From NCBI GenBank assembly GCA_030704615.1, contig CM060734.1, positions 57,226,001-57,290,000 on the forward strand: 64,000 nucleotides of DNA, in the 5' to 3' direction. Position 1 is the stretch's first letter. Every line of letters starts with the position of its first letter. Source of the stretch: Takakia lepidozioides. Lineage: Eukaryota; Plantae; Bryophyta. Position numbers and translations under genes: made by a program. Below the pieces are notes generated by a model that did not search any database, was not told the DNA's origin, and was given only the letters and a program-made list of their open reading frames with translations. This document shows positions 11,377-23,000 of this stretch, piece after piece.

Positions 11377-13606
11377 TAGACATCCAGGACCTTTTGGGAT
11401 CACTGGCGGTGACCATGGTGGAAGCTTTACCAACCCTTCATGAACTGAATGATATGAGTGCGACCACAATTCTTGAAAGAGAAGTGATGAGTGCTATGTG
11501 GTAATATATCTTGACATACAGACTAGCTGACGAAGAGAAGCTTGATGAGACACCCATCTGGTAAAGGTGGCCTTGCTGGCTCTCACGTTCCTGCTTCCTG
11601 TTCTCACTCTTTTGTGTCACTCTCTTGCTCTGACTGGTGATGATTCCCAAACTCCCTGCTTTTATGGGATGCTTGAGGACTGAGCCATAAAACAATTCTA
11701 CAGTCTTGTTAAGTACATCTTCCATTTTCCTTCTAAGACCCTGAATGTTGAGTACATTCTTACACACACCTCATATGAAAAGAAGAGTATCACATATTAT
11801 TGTCCTGCATTGCATAATGGATCAGCTCTCTCGATATTCTTATCCAGGGGTATGTTTGGTTCATCGGGTTATCCAAGTACTTGAGCTGACCCTGCTTGGA
11901 AACCTGATGTCTTGGCGAGGGTTTGGTTCTGTTGTACATTGCCAGATTATGCAAGAAGTGGGGTTCTGAATAAGCAGCAATTATGACAGGTATGTAATGG
12001 ATGAACTGGGGTCCGCACTTCGGCACAGCGATGCACCCAACTTCCGGGTTGCTCCCTTCATGTTCTTACCTGATGGCACACTTCAGTCTGCAATCAGGTT
12101 CTCTTCCTGTGTCCGTCTCCCTCTCTTCTTTAAACATCTCAAATGGCACTCCCTCTTAAGCTCTGATGTTTGGTGCTGCAGACGTCCTTGATCTTGCAGA
12201 GGAAGGTAGATGTTGGTGTCTAGCGAAAAACAGGGGACACTTTGATCCTTGGTAGAATGTACTCATAAGAATGTGCCGTAGCCTTGTGGCCATTGACCCC
12301 GCACCCAGTTTGAGCGGAACTCAAAGGGACAGAAACTACCTTTGTCAGGGGCTGACGAAGGTAGTATCCTGGGCTTTTGGCTCAGCCAGGAGATTTTCGA
12401 AGCTGGTAAACAGAGGTACAGGAATAATTCCCTTGATGGAATTAAAGAGGGTGTCTCTCTGGTGAGAGTACCCAGGACGATGAATCTGGAAGTGGATATT
12501 GTCTTCAGCTTGCCCGCAAACGGGCACTCCAAGCTATGCTTTGCTCTACGATGCGTCTGTTTGCTGTTCAATGGTAGGCTACCCGCCCTGAGTTTGAATT
12601 TCAGTCTAACGTCAAGAGTGGGTAAACCCTTGAGGTCATCCATGATGGCCTCACTCATGTCACATACTGGAAACAGGTTCAGGGAAATTATCTGCCCAAC
12701 TTCATTTTCATCAGACAATTTCCTGGCAACAGACATGGCTTTGGAAACTTCAGTCTCTAGTTGATCTCTCTGAAGTGGAAAAATTTACGAAATTTTTGAT
12801 CCTTGGTAGAAAGTGAGAGAGAGCACTCGGCCCATAGCAGCTGGTAATATCGTGAGCTGACTTTGCTTTGGAATATCTAATTATGGCAGATTCTTTCTGC
12901 AGCTATTCATTGCTATGGCCTATCTGGGACCTAGAAAAAGGGTGTAGTCAGTGTGGTTTGTGCATCTCTATCTCAGTTGTGTCGTATTACTTTGTGCCTA
13001 AGCATTCGGGGCGCCAGACTGGCTCCAACCAACCTACAACATGGAGACACAGCTACCCGCTCTAATGGGCGAGTATTTGGAAAGAGAGGAGATGGGACGA
13101 GACAATCTCTGGATTGTGAAACCGTGGAACATGGCACACACCATTGACAGTACTGTTGACAGGGAGCTTACCAGCACTGGTGCGACTGGTGATTGGCCAA
13201 AAGTATATTGAGCAGCCTGCCCTCTACCAGGGGCGCAAGTTTTATCTGCGCTACGTCGTTTTGTTGAGGAGTGTGCAACCCTTGGAGATATTCCTCTATG
13301 ATGTTTTCTGGGTACCAGTTGACCTCCCTCTGGCCTTTGATTCAGATGTGACTAAGCTACCTCCAATGTTGTCGCCAGTCCAAGATTTCAAAACCACAGC
13401 ATGAACAAATTCTGTCATGCTTGAGACGAGAGTAACACTTGGGACTTAAAGACCTTGTCAAAACCCCCTGGCTCAAATGGCAAAGAAGGCAACGTGGGTC
13501 GAGAGTATCAATAACAAGAAGAGGGTAGTGGTGCAGGCTTGATTTTCAAACAACCACTACTGAAGAGAGCAGCCTTGCAGACTATGACACTCATTTCACA
13601 GTTATG
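11377..13606 (+). pseudogene. TTLL12: Tubulin-tyrosine ligase-like 12 (plant TTL-family) pseudogene fragments
   Basis: Spliced pieces TYRLADEEKLDETPIW|YVMDELGSALRHSDAPNFRVAPFMFLPDG, SYSLLWP, WLQPTYNMETQL, QKYIEQPALYQGRKF.LRYVVLLRS and YDTHFTVM; has an in-frame stop, frameshifts and missing segments. Confidence 0.75.
12258..12794 (-). mobile_element. 5'-truncated LINE (same family as 22933-27316)
   Basis: Homologous to the 3' end of the long LINE ([13 protein letters not shown]); 17 bp TSD TTTGATCCTTGGTAGAA at 12241-12257 and 12795-12811. Confidence 0.9.
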
Positions 13607-14659
13607 GTGAGTAACATCTTCAAGATCTCCATAATGTTCCCCTGTGTGTATAGTCTTGGTTACTAAGGTCCTGCAGCCTGTCCTCACGTTTTTGCCCTGT
13701 CTAAAGGGGGAAATGGCCTTGTGGCACTTATTGCATTGTACAATATGTTAGAAATTTGCCGCATGAAGATACTGAAGTCGAAGTGGGAAGTTTGGGAGGT
13801 TTGCAATAATTGTGTTAACTAAGGGTAGGGCAGGATAGCTGATGTGGGGTGTCACCCTGGGACTTCTCCCAGTTCATAGATTATCCAACATGGAGGTTTT
13901 TCCTACATATTTAAAATGATATACCTGTCCCAGAGTATGTCTTCAGATGCAAAATTACATTTCCACAGCCTTATTTGATGATATGTGACACCCCAACAAG
14001 ACACCCTGGAGCATCACAGAGTGAAGTGTCTTTCATCATATGTAGCCCCACATTGTGTTGCAGAAAGTATTGTCATCTGTTACATCCAAGAAAATCGATC
14101 TGATCTTTCTACTCAAAACAAACCAACCGTCCCTCTGACAGAGATGTGTCCAGTGAAGCCAAATTGATCTGTTTATTTCCCCCTATTTTGTTTGCTATTG
14201 GTAAAAAGAGTTGTCCATTATGTCATGACTGTTCAAATTTCCACCTAAAATTCCTTGTTCCTTGGGGTGATCATTGTGGAGTTGGGTTTTACGATAGGAA
14301 AATGAAAATTCTGCATCATCCATAACTACCATGTCTTTTGAGCCCAACCCTAAACTGGAAAGTGGGTATGATTGATTTGCTGAATTATGGTTGCAGGCCG
14401 CTGAACTGGGTACTGATCTGCATGATGCCTCTTTTGCTCACGTAACAAATCAAAGACCCAGATCATCCGGATCTTACCTATATGCCAAGAGCGAGGATTG
14501 TGTGAGCTGATAACATTCTACTGTCACCCAGTACGTCCCCAACTTCCCAAACCGAGAATTTTACTACCATATTCTACCCAACTTTGCAAATGAAAGCATC
14601 AACCAGACCGCTCATTATTTTCCATGGCAACCAAAAACTGAGTGATCTGTCGTCCTACA

Positions 14660-14852
14660 TATACTCTGGACCACTGAGAGAAATTAAAAGTGAAGAAGAC
14701 AAATCATAAAGCAACTAAAAAGACCTGAGGAAGCGGGGAAAAACTTTTTATAAGATTATACTCTGGACCACTGAGAGAAATTAAAAGTGAAGAAGACAAA
14801 TCATAAAGCAACTAAAAAGACCTGAGGAAGGGGGGAAAAACTTTTTATAAGA
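14660..14852. repeat. ~97 bp tandem duplication
   Basis: TATACTCTGGACCACTGAGAGAAATT...TTTTATAAGA occurs twice in a row. Confidence 0.85.
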
Positions 14853-14961
14853 TCAGACGGCCAACTTCTTTCACATCTTACTTTACAAACACCTTCTTGC
14901 AGATCTGGACGAAGCCTGCTACAGGGTGGAGGCATGATATGGCAAACTCCTGTACAGATGG

Positions 14962-15490
14962 CCTTTTTTTGCCCAGACTGCGTGGGTGGGTCCAAAAGGA
15001 CCCTTATTATTTTTTTGTTTTTTTGCAAAGCCCTTTTCAGGGGTTCGCGGGAGCAGGAGGTGGTGTTCAAGCACCCCTCCTGCCCCTTGTAGGCAAGGTC
15101 ATCTTTCGTACAGGGAGCGAGGGACCCCTTGTGAGGCTCTCCCCAACCTGTAGAGATGCCACCATTTCCAACTCATCCGTTGCAACGTTAAAAGATGCCA
15201 ACGTCTGCGAGGCATTCGTCAGAGCCACGTCCATGGACGCCAACACATCGGAAGCCCGCTTCAGTAGGGCATCAAACCGTGCAAACAACTCCAACGCCCC
15301 TCTCAATGCAACATCAAGCACGTCCTTGTGAGCAACACTTGAGGCCATTTCCAAAGAGCGCAAGAGATTAATGGGGCCACCAAGGCCTCCCCTCTTTCTT
15401 TATGGATGGATGGATGGATGAATTTGTGGATGGATAGATGGGCATAATTTTCATCCATTCATCTACCACAGGGTAATCATCCATCCAACC
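14962..15490 (-). mobile_element. Small dispersed cassette, copy B, with a 93-aa ORF (15348-15067)
   Basis: Paralogue of the Ty3 flanks. Terminal hairpin GGGTCC-AAAA-GGACCC beside a T-run, GC hairpin over the stop codon, (GGAT)n/(ATCC)n at the other end. Confidence 0.65.
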
Positions 15491-15574
15491 TGTGCTGTCC
15501 ACATGTGAAACGAGAGTGTTGTTTTCTAGGGCAGAAGGCTTGGTTGTCTCTCTCGCGAGGACTGTGCCTGAGCG

Positions 15575-16129
15575 ATGTTCTTCCACGTATATTTGGAGCG
15601 GAACATGCAACTGCATCCGCGGCACTTTGGACCTCATTTGAAAGACAAACTCGTATCCAAGCTCATACAAGACGTGGAAGGTACATGCAGGTATGCACCA
15701 TCAAATTCTTTCAAAACCCTTAGGATCTGCCTGCTTGACAATTTCCGATCTCTGCATAAACCCGGCGTGGGTTCTATGGCCGCAAGGTTGCTCAAGCACA
15801 GTGCAGTAAGTTTGGTTCTGCATCAATGTAGTGAGTACCAAATTAAATTTGGTTTCTATCTCTTTCTCTGGGTGCAGTGGGCGGCATGGATTTGTGGTAG
15901 CTGTGACAGCCGTGGAGACAATTGGGCAAGGCCTTATCCGGGATGGAACAGGATTCGTCACCTTTCCTGTGAAGTATCAGTGTGTAGTTTTCCGGCCATT
16001 TAAAGGCGAGATTCTGGAGAGTGTGGTCACGATGGTCAACAAGGTGCTCTTCCTTTCTCCATTCAATTGTGTACCAAGAGTTGGCGGTGGGAGGAGAAGA
16101 AAGAAGTGCATGGGAGACCCAGAGGGCCC

Positions 16130-16208
<79 letters not shown>

Positions 16209-17830
16209 TGTGCTCATAAGACGTTGTTTGCGGGAACCTTGTGGCCATAGACCCTGCCCCAGTTTGGGCAGAACGACAGGGAAAGTCACCACCTTTGTGA
16301 GGGGCTCACTCCAGTAGTCGGACTTAACTTGATACAAATAATTGGATCGGGCTTCCCAGATTTCCCCTAGAAACCCCTTCTCACAAGCATCAATCTGCTG
16401 TCTACCCAGCAATTAAATCCAAACAGGGCCAGGGTTTTAGGCTCAGCCTCGAGATTTTGCAAGTTGGTGAACAGAGGTGCAGGAACTCTGTTCTTGATGG
16501 TCCTGAAGAGGTCACTCTCTGATGTGAATAACCCAGACGTTGTACCAGAAAATGGATATTGTCTTCAGGTTGCCTGCAGATCGGGAATTGAAGAGAGAGA
16601 GATAGAGTCACACTGCTAGTCTGTTTTCTCTGTCAAGCATCCTTTCTGAACTATGTTGGGTGAAGCATGTGCAGATGGGCTTCTTTGCTGAAGCTGGCCC
16701 TGTGCAAATTTTTGTATCCAATCATGTGAGTCCCTTCTCACTCCACTTGACTTCTCTTTGCAGCAGTAGACATGATTTTTGCACCATAAGGGCTTTGGCA
16801 AATTAATTGTATCTTTGTGCTCTACTCTTTTTGAAATTCGTTGTGGAACTTAGATAATGGACTAAAAAGCTGGCAGCCATCGACAGGAGACTGCTTACAT
16901 AGAGCTGGTAGGTGTTGCTTTGTCTTGGATGACCTTGCATCTTATCAAATTTATCTCTATGCTCAAGTTTAATGGATGGTGAGATTATTCCTTTTTGGAT
17001 GCTCCTGCAGTTGATACCCGACGACATGGCGTTCCAATCTGGAGATGTGCCAAGTTATGAGACAGCAGATGGCTCGGTAATGATCTCACCAGAGGGCCGT
17101 GCCATTGTTCCTTGTGTGATGACTAACTGACACAGATGCACCTCTCTCCAAAGTGCGTGAGTCTGTTTTCACAAGAATAGGGCGAGCACTAGCGCATCCA
17201 TCTGTCCCTCCCTTGGTATAATACCCTGGTGGATGCAGGAGGGTATACACCTTGCCAGGACTGTGACCTCAAAGAGTTCCCATAGAATAGTCAACCAAGT
17301 ACAATTCTGTTTCACATAATTCCTATTCGTAAGCTGGCCTGAATTGCATATGTTGATTATCTCTCTCTCAGGCATCTTGGGGTTTCTCCTGGGGATATTG
17401 GTTTGCCATGTAAGCTGTATTATTTTGGCTCCACATTCAATATAACTGCTGATTTGGTATGGGAAGTGCAGGTCAGGATACAGAAGGACAGTGAAGTACG
17501 CCTCAAGATTGTTGGAACCCGTGTTGATGCAACAGAAATTGTAAGCCTTACTTCTCTTCTCATTTCAGAGAATGCCTTTCACTCCATGTGTGACTTTGCG
17601 CGTCCTGGATTCATGAACATTGGATCCTGGTGTTATTGCACCTCTAAGTGACCTGTGTGCTAAAAGTGTCTTAAACCAATGCAACTAATGTTATCAAGTT
17701 TTGGGTTTGTCTCGACCCCCTTGAGTAAGTTGAATCTAATGTTGTGCATTATATATGTATGCAGTTCTGCATTGGGACTATAAAGGATGACTTCCTGGGC
17801 CTCATTGGTGACCCTGGTGGAGCCACATAG
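15575..17830 (+). CDS. NRPB7: DNA-directed RNA polymerase II subunit 7, 177 aa
   Basis: Exons 15575-15690, 15878-16043, 16675-16725, 17011-17076, 17472-17540, 17765-17830; all GT-AG and in phase. MFFHVYLERNMQLHPRHFG...FRPFKGEIL...GFFAEAGP...IGTIKDDFLG. Confidence 0.96.
16129..16205. repeat. Compound (GT)n(GA)n microsatellite
   Basis: Seen directly, in NRPB7 intron 2. Confidence 0.95.
16209..16591 (-). mobile_element. 5'-truncated LINE fragment inserted in a GA repeat
   Basis: Same 3' terminus as the long LINE and a CPICRQPEDNIHFL-like zinc finger remnant; (GA)n on both sides. Confidence 0.8.
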
Positions 17831-18689
17831 GACCGGTTTGTGTTGATGCATCCTGCTGCCATGGGGAAGACAAGGCTACAGATGCAGGGTTGGCCATAAA
17901 CTGAGTTTGGGCAAAGCTCTAATCAGATGATGCTATTACCCTGAGGTGTGGCTAGAATGCTCCAGTGTCAATAGCAATCATTTCATCATCTGGCAAACCT
18001 GTGTGAAAGGGAAGCATCTACAGCTAGCCTCATGGTGATAATCTCTTACACCAGCTAACTTGCTATGTATTTGCACTGAAAGATAATATGACAGAGCAAT
18101 TTTAGGTGTAAATTCAACTGTAGTGAATAGTAAGTTTTGATAAAAACGCTCCAACCGAACAGTAAGTGTCTCTTCCCCGAAAGATAATCCTAACATGAGA
18201 AATTTCCCCAAAATCTTGAAAAACACTTTGGGGTTATTTTGTCTAGTGAAATTAAAATATGTAGGCCTTAGTAGTTCAGGTCTGAAGTCTGGACTATGTT
18301 CTATCACTAACTGTAACCACATGGGGTTGCGTGTTTGCATAGTGAAATCATGATATACTGGCCCTGCTAGCTAGCTAGACTTCTGCACAAGGTTGCGGAG
18401 GCTGTTTGTGTTGTTGCTAATGATCAAGTGGCGGGAGAGGGATGATAGGAAGGCCCACATTTTGAAGGAGAAAATTTACTTGTAGTAACTTAAAGGACAG
18501 GGACTGATAGAATGGTTGCTGGTGGCCAGCCAGCTATGAGTAACCAATGGGGAGATCGGCATGAGCTCGCTAGCTGATTCAGCTGTAGAGGGGATGGCTG
18601 TATACTTCTATACTTGCATCCTTGTTGTATATAGCTATGAGCAAGTGGTTTTATATTGTGTAGTGAAATATTGTTGTCTACAACCAGCT

Positions 18690-18960
18690 AATTCAGGTCT
18701 GGACCTGGGTATATTGATTTCATTATACCCACCGGGTCCGGGTTACCCCTGTTCAGTAAAATGGTTGATCATTCCGGTCCGGGTTTAAATTTTTGTGCAC
18801 GCACAATCCTGGTCGGGTCAGGGTAAAGTAAGATAAAAATCACAGGCTGGGTTAGGGTATATCCGGATACCTAGTTATACAATATACCCCAGGGTCTGGG
18901 TAATAAGATATACCCTACCCAAGTTATCCATTGGGTATAACAGGGTAAAATAAGTGTAGG
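18690..18960. repeat. Degenerate MITE-like region with GGGTA/TACCC/CCGGGT motifs
   Basis: Short direct and inverted motifs repeated; no clear TIR or TSD. Confidence 0.3.
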
Positions 18961-20003
18961 GTATGATGTTGAGGCTATTAGCATGTTCAATAATTCACAG
19001 AAAATTTAAAGTTTAAAGGAAAATGGAAGAATATATATTTCTTGTCTGCATTTCAAAATCATCCAAATTTTGTTCCACTGACCAAAGTTCATTCCCCCAT
19101 TGAAACTACACTAGAGTTCTCATATAGTTTGGCTGCCAGGCAGCCTGATTGCTACCTTGTTGTTGCTAGGCTGCATCTTATTTTGCAGTTGGATTCTCCA
19201 CTTGCTCTACAATATTATGGCACCTTGCATGTGGACAATTTAGCAACCAGAACCGCCAATGTGGAGCCTGTCTCGCTGTTTGTAAACTGGTGTTTATGTC
19301 AAATGTAATCATAGGTTGGCTTTCATCAGATATGTGCATGTGGTTTGCAAAGTGATTCACCATCCAGAATAAACCAGATGCAGTGGCGACTCCATGGAAA
19401 GATCGGAAAGTCAGATCACCAGCTCCATGCAGGGAGCCGCAAACATTTGAACACAAAGAACAAGAGCAGGCTCTTATGTACTCCTGGCACTCCCAGGCCC
19501 TAAAATATGGCAACAGTCTGACCAGTGGATGTGCATGTCTTCTGCAAAATTATTTACTGAGCCATAGCACACATTCTTGAAAGCTACCCCTCACTGCAGT
19601 TAGATGCTGAATTATATTAATAATTAATAGCAGTGTCTGTGGTCAGGCATCGATTACCATTTGTATCATCCATGCACAATCCTCAATGCCTGTTATTGGT
19701 AGAATGTGTCATTTCACAAGTATTGGTAAATGTCTTCCTTATACTCAAGTTAATAAATCCACTGATACACCCTTCAAAACCAAGGACTGAGATGGCCTCA
19801 CATCTCCACCACAGAAGAATTGAAAGAGTAAGAGGAAGAAAGCAGGGAATAGTATGGGCGTCGAACATCAAGAATGTCACACTCATAGCAAGTCTAACTC
19901 TGACCAGATGTTGACAATGCCTGGATTTCAATAAAAAGAAGGAGAGACTGTACACAAATTGGAGCTCAACTCAGAGAGCAGTTAGAAGGGCATTGGAAGA
20001 TCC

Positions 20004-23000
20004 TCACCTTTTATCATACTTCATAAATCGAAGAGCTATTGCACCAGCTATCATAAAGAAAAGATTGAACACAACAAGGAGGCCCATACTTCTGAAACGG
20101 GTCTCATAGTTCAATGACATACTGTCACTAACAACACTCCAAGCCAATAAGTTACCTGCATCTTGCAGACGTACACACTTGCACTTGGGACAGCTACTAG
20201 GGGCCATGGTGCATGTGTCGCAAGGGGGTCGACTAGTGTCACAATAGAATGCTATGGAGGTGAGTGCACTGATGGTATATTGAGTGGGGTTGATCCAATA
20301 TAGCCATACCCAAAATTGTGGGATTTTCTTCTTTGGAATTATGAACCCTGAGGTCATGTTCCTGTTTATGTCAACAAGATGAAAATCAGGTGAAGAATGT
20401 CAAAATTGGAAATCTTGTGCGAGTTATCTGATTGTGCAATCAGTGGATCAAAAGTCTAGTTGCAAAACTTCCTCTACCTGTTAGCCAATGTGGCAACAGG
20501 AAAATGTCCGAAAACAGGAAACAAGATGAGGAGATGCTCTGGAAGGAACATTTTTCAGACCCCATACTTCATTACAAAGTCTTTCCCTGTTCTTTGCAAT
20601 GGGTTTCACATTGTAACCCAAATATTTTGGGAAAGACCAAAATAGGTGTATGTTGGATGTCCCATTACAGCCAACCCAACTATTAAAGGGGGTGGTCAAC
20701 CAATGTGTGGTACCTAGGGTAGAAGGTTTGTGTACCACATCGCCGCAGTTTATGGTCATGTGTCCACCTTAATGGTACGCAATAGCTCTTCGGAATAAAG
20801 AAACGACATATTTCCATTTGCTTTCACACAAATTTTTTTTGTTTGTTTTTTTGGCCCTTCAACATGCAATAACTATCTTAGCTTTGGTTTGAGACATCTG
20901 AACTGCCCAAATGCGCAGTACAGATGTCCCCATTAGAGCAACCCTTGAGCCCAAAAGACTCCCTGTAACGCCAAAATTACGTGATCGATTCAGGGCCTGT
21001 TGGGTTCTGTGGTGAGGCAGTCCCGACTCGCGCACACCCTTGCCCCTGAATTGCCCACGCTATCCCCGCGCACCTCGTCTCCCATTGGCAGGAAGGGGCG
21101 TGGTCGCTGCCAAGATGTTGACACGCATGTGCTAGACATGGGCATGGTCACGTTGACTTGGATTCAGGGGCGTATTTGGGGCCCTGAATACAGCGCTCGG
21201 GTTCAGGGCACGGAATGATATTCAGTGCCCGCTTTTCATGGAATATAGGGTTCAGTGCAAGGGTGTGGACGTTTTCCCGCCCACCTTGAAACTGTATACC
21301 CTGATATTCCGTTGGCGTGCTGGGTTCACTGTAGGGTGGAATGCTCTTAGGAGGGGCCAGGGTGGAGGCAGCAAGTTTTGAATGCCCATAAGCACAAAAT
21401 AACAACATTGACTGGACAAAAAATTAAAGATGGTTCCCACAAGTGTCCCATACATCGCACCAAATATTGGGCAGTATAACTCACCAGATGTTGACAACGA
21501 TGGGAATGAAAACTGTCGCCACCTGCAATTGGATCCATCAGTTAATAAGAATTTTTCATCAGACAAATCATTTTGTTTAGGGTGACAAACAACACAACAA
21601 TCTTGTTTCCCATGCTGGTATAGAGGCAAGATCTCCAAGTGGGTAAAAAATTTGCAGTGTTGCAAGATGGCATACACCTGCTATCTGCAGTTTTCTTATT
21701 CAAACCTTGGCTTGTGATCCAATAGCTGGTGCCCTTACTATATGCATCTCGTAGGTCTGGGAAAGGCGACTCAAAATGTGACCATTGATATGGTTTGTTT
21801 GGCATAAAGACATGTTTGTAAGCTCAGGAGAGACTTACCTGGGCATTTGGAGTCACCATCGCCAAGAAGATGCCAAAGAATGTGATCACTGTAGAGTACT
21901 CACAGAAAATAAACCAAAACTCAAAAAATGTTTTCACTGAAATTGTGGCTACTCCAGACATTGTAAAGCATATGGAACAGAAGAGGAGAGTTGAAAAGCA
22001 TATATATGGGATCTGCCAACACATGACGATGCTTTAATTTTCTCCTTTTCTTAAGACAGTCATAAAAATTCTTTCTCTAGCTCTTCTCTCATAAGCTCTT
22101 GGAGCTTTCCGTGGACTTTCTAAGTACCCTTCCATTTCATTTCATTTCATTTCTTTCTTCTTTCTTTGAATGTTATTAAACTTTCTTCTTGTCATGTTGT
22201 CTTTGGTCTGGACATGACCTGCTCTGGCTGTCTTTGATGCTGTCCTCAGTCTGTTGAGCTTTCCGCGGACGTTATAAAGCACCATTTCATTTCATTTCAT
22301 TTCATTTCTGTTTCTTATTCTTCCATTTCCTACTCATCCAGATAAACCTATCTGTGCCTTATGGTTGAGACTAGGATGCTATCTGATTGTCTTTAAGCCC
22401 CCAACTTAACAATTGATTAATGAAAACATCCGTTCCTAGTTTGTGTGACTTAGCCTCTATCATGAAATATGGCAAGACACACATGGCTGGTTGTCCAGAC
22501 CAGGGAGGAAACTCTCTGGCATGGCGTCTCCAACATGTCTCAAGCGGAAATTCAGCTCAAGGTAGTTGAGGAGAGAAGTCTTCTGAAGGCGTGATCCTAA
22601 ACCAGGACAGTCATCCCTCTAGAAGTTGTATTACCTCAGCCAGGGCCCAGGCGGAGTCGTACAGATACACAGGATACATGTTGGAGGCATGTTCACGATA
22701 GTATACTACCCGCTCTGCAGTAACCTGCACAAAACAATCTCCTTTTACTTATAAGAATGGGACACACAACCTCAGATGATTTAGAAGAAAGAGGAACCTC
22801 AGACTGAATAAACCTCTGCATGGCCACTCAAGACACCAACAGGTTAGCAGCTGAGACACGACATTGGCATGGCAGCTAATGCAGAGGTGTAAGCAGTCAG
22901 TGTTGGGCAGTACCAACAGCTCAGGTGAGAGATTGTACTCATAAGACGTTGTTTGCCGTAGCCTTGTGGCCATTGACCCCGCGCCCAGTTTGAGCGGGAA

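Noticed and set aside
14395-14510. Exon-like fragment (PLNWVL...DPDHPDLTY)
   Set aside because: Contains a stop and could not be assigned to a family or linked to TTLL12.
19300-19340. Hammerhead ribozyme core (CTGATGA on the minus strand)
   Set aside because: No stem II followed by GAAA, and no closing stems.
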